This document shows positions 37,488-46,068 of a DNA stretch of 64,000 bases, one piece after another. Below the pieces are notes generated by a model. That model saw nothing but the letters and a program-made list of their open reading frames with translations, did no database searches and was not told where the DNA came from. The stretch is from an uncultured Lentimicrobiaceae bacterium. GTDB lineage: Bacteria > Bacteroidota > Bacteroidia > Bacteroidales > SKPS01. The position numbers and the translations under genes are program-made. The stretch spans positions 17,305-81,304 of the forward strand of contig CAYXYB010000013.1 of assembly GCA_964469215.1 (NCBI GenBank), read 5' to 3'. Each line of letters begins with the position of its first letter. The first letter of the stretch is position 1.

Positions 37488-38189
37488 TTACATTTTAATT
37501 GCTCTCACCATTTCACGTTTGCCAGCAGGTCCGGGGATTTTTTCCACATTGAATCCAGCACTCTTCAAAGCTCTTCTTACAGAACCTTTTGATGAATATG
37601 TCACCAGCACACCTCCTTTAACCACGATAGCTGCGATATGCAAGAAAAGAGGCAACTCCCATAAATCTGGATTAACATCAGGAGCAAAGGCATCGAAACA
37701 TACAAGGTTGACATTGGGATCCGTTGGATTATAGTCCTCAGCCCTGCCCTTCCATTTGAGCAAGGATGAACCTGAAGGAAAACGGAATTCTTTCATCCAT
37801 CGTGCTTTATAATGTATTGCTTCCCAAAGTTCCGGAATATGGGGATGGTTGATAATAGAATTGTAATTTAGTCTTTTCAGAATTTCATCATCAGGAGGAA
37901 AGGGTTCGATTCCGGTGTAATGTATATTTATCCTTTTCATTTCAGCCCTGTGCATTATCAGCAACGCATTAAGGCCGGTGCCTAAACCAACCTCCAGCAC
38001 ATTGATGTGTTCGAAGCGGTTTGAAACAAATTCAAATCCAGCCTCAACAAAAACATGAATGCTTTCGGTAACGGCTCCATTAATACTATGATAATGTTCA
38101 TTGAGTGATTTCACAAACAGGGAATGACTTCCATCACCGGTTACTACAAGCTCTATGTTGTGGGCAGCCAAAACACCTTTATCATTCAT
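37488..38189 (-). CDS. stand-alone MnmC-type (DUF752/MnmD-like) SAM-dependent tRNA methyltransferase
   Basis: TGDGSHSLF...HS..GA..ES.HVF...G and ILEVGLGTGLN, then FDAFAP..NP.LW, match the methyltransferase domain of MnmC. Confidence 0.7.
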   Translation of the reverse strand: MNDKGVLAAHNIELVVTGDGSHSLFVKSLNEHYHSINGAVTESIHVFVEAGFEFVSNRFEHINVLEVGLGTGLNALLIMHRAEMKRINIHYTGIEPFPPDDEILKRLNYNSIINHPHIPELWEAIHYKARWMKEFRFPSGSSLLKWKGRAEDYNPTDPNVNLVCFDAFAPDVNPDLWELPLFLHIAAIVVKGGVLVTYSSKGSVRRALKSAGFNVEKIPGPAGKREMVRAIKM

Positions 38190-38201
38190 TGTAAATGCTT
38201 A

Positions 38202-39521
38202 TTATTCATATTGGAGGTAAAAAGCAGCAAGGCCGCCAGGTAATGGTTTTTGCCACAATAGAGTCTTTGCCAAGCAATTGTATGCACTGATACCACCCTG
38301 ATTACCCACATATAGTCTTCCAGAAGATTGATCAATATGAATTTGAAGAGCGCCGGCATTCTGAAGGAAAGAAGATATTGACTCATTATAGGAATTATAT
38401 GCAAGGATTTCTTTATCTGTGGCCAGCAGGAATGTAGACTGGTTGAGTTTTTCCATATCAAAAATCAACTCTGAATTAAGCTGCAATGTTGTTGTGACGG
38501 AGTTTGCTGAAAAATTCCAGATTATCAAACGTCCTGATCCATCAATGTTTCCGGCCACCAAAACCTCGTCGTTGCTTAATGGTTGAATAGAAACAACTTC
38601 AAAGCGATCAGGGAGTTTATAATCTTTCCAGCGCAGTCCACTGCTCAGGTAGGAGGCTGCGATCCATGAACCCTGGCTTGCCTTTTCCCTTTCTGCAACA
38701 ATCAGGTAGCTTAAATGGGCTGCCATCTTCCCTGGTTTTCTTCCTTCGGTAAGTGTTGTAATAAATTGCTGTACACCTGCTTTATTGTACCCTTTAATGT
38801 AACCTTCGGTAAGGCCAATGAAAAAGCGGTCGGAGCCTGCAAGAAGTTGTTCATGATAATAAACAGAAGGTGTTCCTGTCTGAGCTAATTTGAAATCGAC
38901 TGTATATGTTTCGAGATTGACAGCATAGCACTCGCCAAATCCCCGGCCAAGGAGATACAACTGACCGGAGTGTTCGTAAATTCCTGATGATGCGTAAGTA
39001 TGATTCCAGGTGCCACGATGCAGCAATTTAAGAGTGTCAGGATCGAGTGTGCCCAGGCTAAAGGAGCCATCCCCTTGACGGGTTATTACAAGAAGTGTTT
39101 TCCGTGATTGCTGCCCCTGGGTAAGCCGTATCTGCCTGTATTTATATTTGGTATTCTTCCTGTTTGATACCTTCACCTGAATATAGTAATCACCTGTCGG
39201 GAGCTGCATATCAGAGGGTTTATACCATAAATTAATAAGCTGAGGGTTGCCGGTCACAGGTATGATCGCAGAATAATCCTTCACAAAATAGTTGTTGTCT
39301 GTAAGTGTTACACTGATTGAAGTAATCTCATTATCATCCGAGGCCTTAGCTGAAACATATATGCTATCACCTATCTGAAATGATTGATTTTCAATGGGTG
39401 AAAAAATCTCAACAACAGGTTTGGTGTCATTAGTTTCTTTTGAACAGAAACAGAATACCATCATCAAAGAAGAGACTGCCAGAATTAAAACTGACCGGTG
39501 CAGAATTTTTCTTTTTCCCAT
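38202..39521 (-). CDS. lipoprotein with an N-terminal Ig-like domain and a beta-propeller-like body (function unknown)
   Basis: Signal/lipobox ...LAVSSLMMVFCFCS. Start set at the ATG at 39521; the ORF-track start is a TTG. It lies 12 nt upstream of the methyltransferase gene, so co-transcription is probable. Confidence 0.75.
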   Translation of the reverse strand: MGKRKILHRSVLILAVSSLMMVFCFCSKETNDTKPVVEIFSPIENQSFQIGDSIYVSAKASDDNEITSISVTLTDNNYFVKDYSAIIPVTGNPQLINLWYKPSDMQLPTGDYYIQVKVSNRKNTKYKYRQIRLTQGQQSRKTLLVITRQGDGSFSLGTLDPDTLKLLHRGTWNHTYASSGIYEHSGQLYLLGRGFGECYAVNLETYTVDFKLAQTGTPSVYYHEQLLAGSDRFFIGLTEGYIKGYNKAGVQQFITTLTEGRKPGKMAAHLSYLIVAEREKASQGSWIAASYLSSGLRWKDYKLPDRFEVVSIQPLSNDEVLVAGNIDGSGRLIIWNFSANSVTTTLQLNSELIFDMEKLNQSTFLLATDKEILAYNSYNESISSFLQNAGALQIHIDQSSGRLYVGNQGGISAYNCLAKTLLWQKPLPGGLAAFYLQYE

Positions 39522-39625
39522 TAATTTAAACAACGATAAGTTTACAATGTTAAAAACCGGCGATGACAGCTATATTTTGGTAAAGGTAATCAAATAAGGT
39601 TTATTTTAGCAAAAAATAGTGAGAA

Positions 39626-40345
39626 ATGCTTGACCAGGTTAATCTTAACAACATCCTGTTTCTTGATATTGAAACAGTACCAGTTTATCCATCCTACGAA
39701 GAAATGCCTGAAAAGATGAGGCTGTTGTGGGAGAAGAAAACGACCAGGATGGCAAATAACAGTGACGGGATTTCTACTCCGCAGGATTTATATCCCCGTG
39801 CAGGGATATATGCCGAATTCGGCAAGGTGATATGTATTTCTGCAGGAATTATGTCTGATGAACATATCAGGCTAAAATCGTTCTGGAGTGATGATGAGTA
39901 TGATCTTTTGTCCCGTTTTGCACACCTTCTTAATAACAGGTTTGCAGGCAAGGATTATTTCCTGTGTGCCCACAACGGCAAGGAGTTCGATTACCCTTAT
40001 CTGTGCCGCCGTATGCTGATAAACGGAATCAGATTACCTGAGATTCTGAATATTGCAGGCAAAAAACCCTGGGAAATCCAGCATTACGACACAATGGAAC
40101 TGTGGAAATTTGGTGATTACAAGAGTTATACCTCTCTTGAGCTACTTGCTGCCATATTCGATATACCTACTCCAAAGGATGATATCAGCGGAAGTGATGT
40201 GTATCGTGTTTATTATGAAGAGAAGGATCTTCAAAGAATAGTTCAATATTGTCAGAAAGACGTTGTAACCGTCATACAGCTTTTCAGGCGTTATCTGGGG
40301 ATGGAACTGATTTCTGAAGAGAGGATTATCTATCAGGATAAGTAA
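39626..40345 (+). CDS. RNase H-fold 3'-5' exonuclease (PolB-exonuclease-like)
   Basis: ILFLDIETVP (Exo I DxE), ...LCAHNGKEFDYPYL (Exo II) and ...YCQKDVVTVIQLF (Exo III YxxxD). Confidence 0.7.
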   Translation: MLDQVNLNNILFLDIETVPVYPSYEEMPEKMRLLWEKKTTRMANNSDGISTPQDLYPRAGIYAEFGKVICISAGIMSDEHIRLKSFWSDDEYDLLSRFAHLLNNRFAGKDYFLCAHNGKEFDYPYLCRRMLINGIRLPEILNIAGKKPWEIQHYDTMELWKFGDYKSYTSLELLAAIFDIPTPKDDISGSDVYRVYYEEKDLQRIVQYCQKDVVTVIQLFRRYLGMELISEERIIYQDK

Positions 40346-40368
40346 TTTGACCGGTGGTTTGGTACAAT

Positions 40369-41472
40369 TTATTCTCCAAAGATTTCAGCCAGAATCTTTT
40401 CGAGCTCATGTGAGCGGATTTTTTTTGCGATGATCCTGCCCTCACGATCGAGGAGAAGTGCATGTGGTATGCTGGTAACTCCGTAAAGTCTGGCAGCATC
40501 GCTCGACCAGTACTTTAAATCACTCACCAGCACCCATGTAAGCTTATCGTCCTGAATTCCTTTCACCCATGATGCTCTATCGCGGTCGAGAGATACACCA
40601 TAAATCTCGAATCCTTTGTCTTTGTATTGATTATAAATCCTTACAAGGTTTGGGTTCTCCCTTCTGCAAGGCCCGCACCATGCAGCCCAGAAATCGAGCA
40701 GAACAATCTTGCCTTTTAATGAACTCAAGCGTATCGTATCGCCACCGGGGTTTGGAAGAGCAATATCGGGGGCAACAGAACCCGTACGGGTGACCTTATC
40801 GACCTGTACCTTCCTTTTCAGATCCTGAACATAGAAATTCTGTGGATGTTTTTTTTCCAACTCCTCGATCATCAGATCATACAATACAGGATCATGTTCC
40901 AGTTTTACATCCTCGGTAAAAAAGAGAACCGCAAGTGAGCCTGGATTTTCTGCCATAAAATTTCTGATGATGTTCAATCTTTCATTCTGAAGCAAAGTGT
41001 GCTTTTCAACAATCTCAGCTAGTTTTGTCTCATTTCCCGGGGTAGTATTAAGACGCTGGTACTCCTGTTCAAGGAGTGTTATCAAAACTTTGATGCTGTC
41101 AGTACGGGCTTTGACTGCAATGTATCGGGCATTCTCCGGAGAACCTTCCACCTTCATTGCCCCTATCAGGTTATCCATTGAGGAGGTAATAGTTATATTG
41201 TCACCAGGACCTGTTATCAGAAAAAAGTCACCTTTGTTTTTATCGAAAATCACTTTATAAAAACCACGTTCTATGAGTTTTAAGGTCACACTAAGGAATC
41301 CTGTTGGATCAGTATTTCCCGAAAACACCTGATTGGCCTTTCCGCCGTAGTGCTCAATTACAAGAGGTTTGCTTTCAAATCCCTTTATATTGAATGTGAT
41401 ACGTGTATCCTGAGCTAGCAATGCCAAATTGAGTATCAGGAGAAGCAGGACAGACAGACAAATTCGTTTCAT
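40369..41472 (-). CDS. TlpA-family thiol:disulfide oxidoreductase with an N-terminal DUF4369-like domain
   Basis: Signal peptide and the thioredoxin-fold motif LLDFWAAWCGPCRRENP. Confidence 0.85.
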   Translation of the reverse strand: MKRICLSVLLLLILNLALLAQDTRITFNIKGFESKPLVIEHYGGKANQVFSGNTDPTGFLSVTLKLIERGFYKVIFDKNKGDFFLITGPGDNITITSSMDNLIGAMKVEGSPENARYIAVKARTDSIKVLITLLEQEYQRLNTTPGNETKLAEIVEKHTLLQNERLNIIRNFMAENPGSLAVLFFTEDVKLEHDPVLYDLMIEELEKKHPQNFYVQDLKRKVQVDKVTRTGSVAPDIALPNPGGDTIRLSSLKGKIVLLDFWAAWCGPCRRENPNLVRIYNQYKDKGFEIYGVSLDRDRASWVKGIQDDKLTWVLVSDLKYWSSDAARLYGVTSIPHALLLDREGRIIAKKIRSHELEKILAEIFGE

Positions 41473-41504
41473 TATATTCTTATTAACTATTGATTTAACA
41501 CTAA

Positions 41505-42785
41505 CTACTGAAGGTTTGTTCGATGCTTTTTCATTGAATATTCAAGAAAAAGAACAGCAATAAACAGCAATATCAATGCGAGGCTAAAGGTAGCAGTAAA
41601 TCCGAAAAGTTCGAAGAAAAATATTCCAAGGAGTGGAGCAATCCATCCTCGTATGCCTGTAAGTGACAGATGAACTGCCTGATAATCACCGACATCTTCG
41701 TTGCTGGAAAAATAAGCTGAACCTATGCTCCAGAGGATACCCATCGTGGCTGCAAAGAGTGCATGGAACAAAATATACGGAATCATCATGTAGTAAATCT
41801 TATAACCGGCAATTTCTGTATGACCTGGCAGATATTGGGTGATAGTGAGGAAAAAGATATACAGAAACATGCTCCCGAATGTTATCGCAGAGAATCGTCT
41901 CGGGTCAATTTTACCAATCAGCCTCCCGAACCAGGGCATCAGGAATATTGTGATTATATAGTAGGCATTCCTGTAGAATGCAACGCTCCTGTTATTCAGC
42001 TCAAGAACATCCCTGTAATAGATCTGAATAACATTTATCGACAGCATGAATGCGAATCCATAAAGCATGAAACCCACCTCGAAGTCGAAGTAGGACTTGT
42101 TTTTCCTGAGAATGCCTGCCAGCCTCAAAAAGGAGTCGCGCAAAGCCTGCCCGAAGGGTTTCCTGATTTCGGTTCCATTTGCCGGCATGTGTTTTATGCT
42201 GCTCAGAAGAAATAATCCGGTAATCCCCAGAATGCCGGTTATAGGGTACACATATATAAATCCGTATGGATGAATGTCGAGATACATGCCATAACTAAGT
42301 GCGGAGAGCATCGTAATCAGATGTTTACCGGTAGTTGCGACGCTGAAAAGATAGCCAAAGCTCTGGTGGGAATAGTTGTTTTTAAGCAAAACGTTGGTGG
42401 TGGGATAAATGATGACCGTTCCCATAAAATAGATCAGGAATACACCCAGGAATACGAAATGAACCAATGAGGTTTCTGCATACCCGGCAGCACTAACAGG
42501 AAAAAATATCAGGACAAGCATCGGAAGTCTTGTGATGATGGCAGTCCTGCGTAACATTTTTCGTTTGTCATGATTTCTTCTGATAAATTCATTGAAAATT
42601 ATCAGGAACACAAACACTCCAACGCTGAAGGTAAAAATGAACCCCATCATATAATTGGTGCCGTGCATTGCGGTAAGGAAGATAAACTCATTGAGGGTAA
42701 AGACACCCAGCACTATTCCATCCAGAAGGGAATAGATGAAATGAAGAATAAATGTTCTCTTTTCGCCGGGTTGAAGTTTTACCAT
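41505..42785 (-). CDS. MFS-type transporter
   Basis: About 426 aa with 12 predicted TM helices. Start set at the ATG at 42785; the ORF-track TTG at 42833 lies inside the predicted promoter box. Confidence 0.65.
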   Translation of the reverse strand: MVKLQPGEKRTFILHFIYSLLDGIVLGVFTLNEFIFLTAMHGTNYMMGFIFTFSVGVFVFLIIFNEFIRRNHDKRKMLRRTAIITRLPMLVLIFFPVSAAGYAETSLVHFVFLGVFLIYFMGTVIIYPTTNVLLKNNYSHQSFGYLFSVATTGKHLITMLSALSYGMYLDIHPYGFIYVYPITGILGITGLFLLSSIKHMPANGTEIRKPFGQALRDSFLRLAGILRKNKSYFDFEVGFMLYGFAFMLSINVIQIYYRDVLELNNRSVAFYRNAYYIITIFLMPWFGRLIGKIDPRRFSAITFGSMFLYIFFLTITQYLPGHTEIAGYKIYYMMIPYILFHALFAATMGILWSIGSAYFSSNEDVGDYQAVHLSLTGIRGWIAPLLGIFFFELFGFTATFSLALILLFIAVLFLEYSMKKHRTNLQ

Positions 42786-42830
42786 GATTAAAGCCTGATG
42801 TGCCGGTGACAATTTGATTTTTGCGGCGTG

Positions 42831-42838
42831 CAAAGATA
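42831..42838 (-). promoter_or_regulatory. candidate -7 box (TATCTTTG on minus strand) for the MFS gene
   Basis: The plus strand reads CAAAGATA, 45 nt upstream of the ATG at 42785. It forms a palindrome with TATCTTAG at 42842-42849. Confidence 0.4.
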
Positions 42839-42877
42839 GTGTATCTTAGCCACCGGAAAACCCAAACAATTATATCA

Positions 42878-43054
42878 ATGGAAACAAAGGAAATAGTATT
42901 AAAGACTCTGACTTCTGCAGGAAAACCTATGAAAGCAGGAGAGATTGCCGATGCGGCAGGAATAGATAAGAAAGAGATAGAAAAAGGGATAAAAGCACTT
43001 GTGAAGGAGGGAAAAGTTCATTCTCCGGTAAGATGCTTTTACGGTATTAAATAA
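42878..43054 (+). CDS. small (58 aa) winged-helix DNA-binding protein
   Basis: METKEIVLKTLTSAGKPMKAGEIADAAGIDKKEIEKGIKALVKEGKV has an HTH-plus-wing pattern. Start set at the first ATG. It is divergent from the MFS gene. Confidence 0.6.
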   Translation: METKEIVLKTLTSAGKPMKAGEIADAAGIDKKEIEKGIKALVKEGKVHSPVRCFYGIK

Positions 43055-43088
43055 AGTAAACCACAACTTTTCTTTCTCCGGTAAGTCT

Positions 43089-43475
43089 TCACTTATAAAT
43101 GCTTACCACCACCATAAACAACATCATTCCCACCAGGGTACTGAAGATGTTCAGTGCAACTGTAATTCCAATGGTTTCGCCAACCTTAAAGGCTTTCCTG
43201 AAAAGTATTGTCAGCAGAACCGATTCGATTACAACCGATGAGGCAAAGAAAATTACAAATGCAACGGGAAAGGGGAAAAAGAGCGGCAGGATAAAGAGGG
43301 TGAGTGGCACCGTTATCAGGTTTACTGCTATAACATAAAAAAGAAGTTTCCAGGGCTGGCGGGTTATCCATATTAAAATAAGTGCCGGAATTGCTTCAAG
43401 GGCTGCAACTATCAGTGTGATGATGATGACATCTGTTGCGCCGAAGAAGTTATAGTATGCTGTAATTGAATCCAT
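43089..43475 (-). CDS. small integral membrane protein (4 TM), unknown function
   Basis: Four hydrophobic helices. Start set at the ATG at 43475 (MDSITAYYNFF); the ORF-track start is a GTG. Confidence 0.6.
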   Translation of the reverse strand: MDSITAYYNFFGATDVIIITLIVAALEAIPALILIWITRQPWKLLFYVIAVNLITVPLTLFILPLFFPFPVAFVIFFASSVVIESVLLTILFRKAFKVGETIGITVALNIFSTLVGMMLFMVVVSIYK

Positions 43476-43571
43476 AACCACAGTTTAAATCCACGGTAAC
43501 CGGGCTGACCCGGATGGATGTTGTTCCCCGGCTAAATTAAGGCAATTGTTTGAATCTGGTGACAGGAATTT

Positions 43572-45473
43572 TTACCCCATCATCTCGACACTACGTTTGA
43601 CAAAGGTTGTGAGTTTCTCCCCTTTCAGGAGGTTTTGTGACAACAGGGCAAGATCAAATAGCTGACTGACAAGTTTCTCTTTGTTCTCCGCAGATTCACC
43701 ATCGTTGTTAAGGAACTCAACGCGAGGGTGGTTTGTATTAACAACCAGATTATACGTATCAGGGAACATGCCGAATGTATTCATCCCACCACCTCCTATC
43801 TGCTGCATATCCTTCATCCTTCTCATGAACTCAGGGCGTGTGATTATCATTGGCATCTCCTCATGGCTGAGGTTCTCGAAGACCACAATGAAATCTTTAT
43901 TATCGATTGTTTTCTCGATCAGCTCTTTGATGCTTTTTTGCTCCTCTTCGGTAAGTTTTGAGGGCATCAAATCCTCTTTGTTGATGAGTTTATCCATCAC
44001 ATCTGCATCCACCCTGGTGAATTTTACATCTTCGAGTTTCTGTTCGAGGTGATTTATAAAGTGGTTATCGAGCGGGCCGTCAAACAAAAGCACATCGTAG
44101 CTGCGTTCCCGTGCTGCTTCTATATAGGTGTGCTGGTCTTCGGTATCGGCAGCATATAGATGCACCACCTTCTTATCCTTGTCGGTCTGAAGGCCTGCAA
44201 TATGATTTTTGTACTCATCAAGAGTGAAATATTTACCTCCGGTATTTTTCAACAGCACAAACTTTGATGCTCTCTCAGCAAACTTCTCGTCAGTAAGGAT
44301 ACCATAGATGATAAATATCCTGATGTCATCCCATTTCTGTTCGAACTCTTCACGGCGGTTTTTGAAAATATCCTCAAGCTTTTCTGCCACCTTTTTGCCG
44401 ATATGTCCCGATATCTTTTTTACGTTTGAATCGCTCTGAAGATATGAGCGGGAAACGTTGAGTGGTATGTCGGGTGAGTCAATTACTCCATGCAGCAAAG
44501 TAAGGAAATCAGGCACAACACCTTCAACAGAATCGGTGATGAAGACCTGGTTTGAATAAAGCTGAATCTTATCGCGCTGAACCTCGAAATTATTTTTCAC
44601 TTTGGGGAAATAGAGTACTCCGGTGAGATTAAAAGGATAATCGACATTCAGGTGAATATTGAAGAGAGGATCTTCGAACTGCATGGGATAGAGCTCACGG
44701 TAAAATGCAAGATAGTCTTCATCTTTAAGGTCTGCGGGAGTCTTTTTCCATAAGGGGTTTGTGTTGTTGATTATTCGTGGCCGCTGTTTTGATTCATACT
44801 TGTCGTGGCCGTGTTCGTCCTTCTCCCCTTCGATCTTTTCGCTGTAGCTTTCAGTTCCGAACTCGATCGGCACCGGCAGGAAACGGCAGTATTTCCTCAG
44901 TATGGATAATATCCTCTGCTCTTCAAGGAACTCGAGTGAATCATCAGCGATATGCAAAACAACGTCTGTTCCTCTTGAAGTTTTGTCGTTCTCCTCCATT
45001 GTATATTCAGGAGAGCCATCGCAAGACCATTTAACGGCTTTGGTATTCCCGCTTTTTTTGTAAGTCTTTGTAAAAAGTTCCACCCGTCCGGCTACCATAA
45101 AACTTGAATAGAATCCCAGCCCGAAATGGCCGATTATTGCAGAGGCATCAACATTTTTGAATTTTTTAAGGAACTCTTCTGCGCTCGAGAATGCGATCTG
45201 GTTTATATACTTTTCAACCTCCTCGGTTGTCATCCCGATACCTGCATCAGAAACCGTCAGTGTTTTCTTCTCCTTGTCGATATTGATCCTGATGGTGACA
45301 TCACCCAGTTCTCCTTTGAAGGTTCCGAGTGAAGCCAGGGCTTTAAGTTTCTGTGTTGCATCCACAGCGTTTGAGACCAGCTCACGCAGGAATATTTCAT
45401 GATCTGAGTAGAGGAATTTTTTGATTATCGGAAAGATGTTCTCTGTTTGGACGTTGATTTTGCCTTGCTGCAT
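43572..45473 (-). CDS. htpG: molecular chaperone HtpG (Hsp90)
   Basis: 633 aa. FLRELVSNAVDA (GHKL ATPase N-box), GIGMT, GHFGLGFYSSFMV and LNVSRSYLQ. Confidence 0.96.
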   Translation of the reverse strand: MQQGKINVQTENIFPIIKKFLYSDHEIFLRELVSNAVDATQKLKALASLGTFKGELGDVTIRINIDKEKKTLTVSDAGIGMTTEEVEKYINQIAFSSAEEFLKKFKNVDASAIIGHFGLGFYSSFMVAGRVELFTKTYKKSGNTKAVKWSCDGSPEYTMEENDKTSRGTDVVLHIADDSLEFLEEQRILSILRKYCRFLPVPIEFGTESYSEKIEGEKDEHGHDKYESKQRPRIINNTNPLWKKTPADLKDEDYLAFYRELYPMQFEDPLFNIHLNVDYPFNLTGVLYFPKVKNNFEVQRDKIQLYSNQVFITDSVEGVVPDFLTLLHGVIDSPDIPLNVSRSYLQSDSNVKKISGHIGKKVAEKLEDIFKNRREEFEQKWDDIRIFIIYGILTDEKFAERASKFVLLKNTGGKYFTLDEYKNHIAGLQTDKDKKVVHLYAADTEDQHTYIEAARERSYDVLLFDGPLDNHFINHLEQKLEDVKFTRVDADVMDKLINKEDLMPSKLTEEEQKSIKELIEKTIDNKDFIVVFENLSHEEMPMIITRPEFMRRMKDMQQIGGGGMNTFGMFPDTYNLVVNTNHPRVEFLNNDGESAENKEKLVSQLFDLALLSQNLLKGEKLTTFVKRSVEMMG

Positions 45474-45527
45474 AACTTAATTATGTTTAGGGGTTAACTT
45501 TGCCAGCTTGAATGTTTAGAGTTTTGT

Positions 45528-46068
45528 CGATTAACCGATTTAACGATTAGCCGAATAGACATCCCACGGGATTGTCAAAGCGTGTGCCATTGGGTAATTA
45601 CTGACAAAATGTCTGGGGGGGGTATCTGCAATTACGAATTACGAATTACGAATTACGAATTACGAATTACGAATTACGAATTACGGGGTAGTCGGTAGTC
45701 TTGCGTTCGGCTCACTTCGTTCGCGTTCCGGGTTCTTGCACTCGCTTCGCTCGTGGGTTCAGAGTTTAACGACTATACAACGTTATGATTACTCGATTCC
45801 CCGATTGTACGATTCAATAAAACGCAGATTACGCTGATCGTTTATGATTGATTATGATATTGAGTGAACCACGAGGTTAGCTGATGGCTCATAACTAATA
45901 AATTATAACTTATAACCCCGATTCATCGGGCACTGATCTCGATGCCCTGAGCGCAGCCGAAGGGGAGCTGAAGTGCCCAGACTGCACAGTATTTATACAT
46001 TGTCAAAAGGAAAAAGAAAAAAGTAAAAAACTCAACTTTCACACTATCAATCTTTCACACTTTCAAAC
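45528..46068. repeat. 540-bp mosaic of short tandem arrays and hairpins (no ORF)
   Basis: Read directly, in order: CGATTNNN x4 (45528-45558); a G8 tract (45615-45622); ATTACGA x8 (45631-45686); GGTAGTC x2 (45687-45700). Then come GC-rich cttcg/cgctt words (45701-45765) and CGATT/GATTA words (45780-45870). After those are the CCCGAT-tc-ATCGGG palindrome (45917-45930), the GGGCACTGA...GAAGTGCCC hairpin (45928-45978), and CTTTCACACT x2 (46036-46061). Confidence 0.95.

Noticed and set aside
45631-45700. Tandem repeats as a possible CRISPR array
   Set aside because: The units are 7 nt long and directly abutting, with no spacers. There are no cas genes in the window.
45745-45775. tRNA-like string gggttcagagtt
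   Set aside because: It is not a T-loop consensus (GGTTCGAATCC type). No acceptor or anticodon stems can be drawn around it, and it sits inside the low-complexity repeat island.
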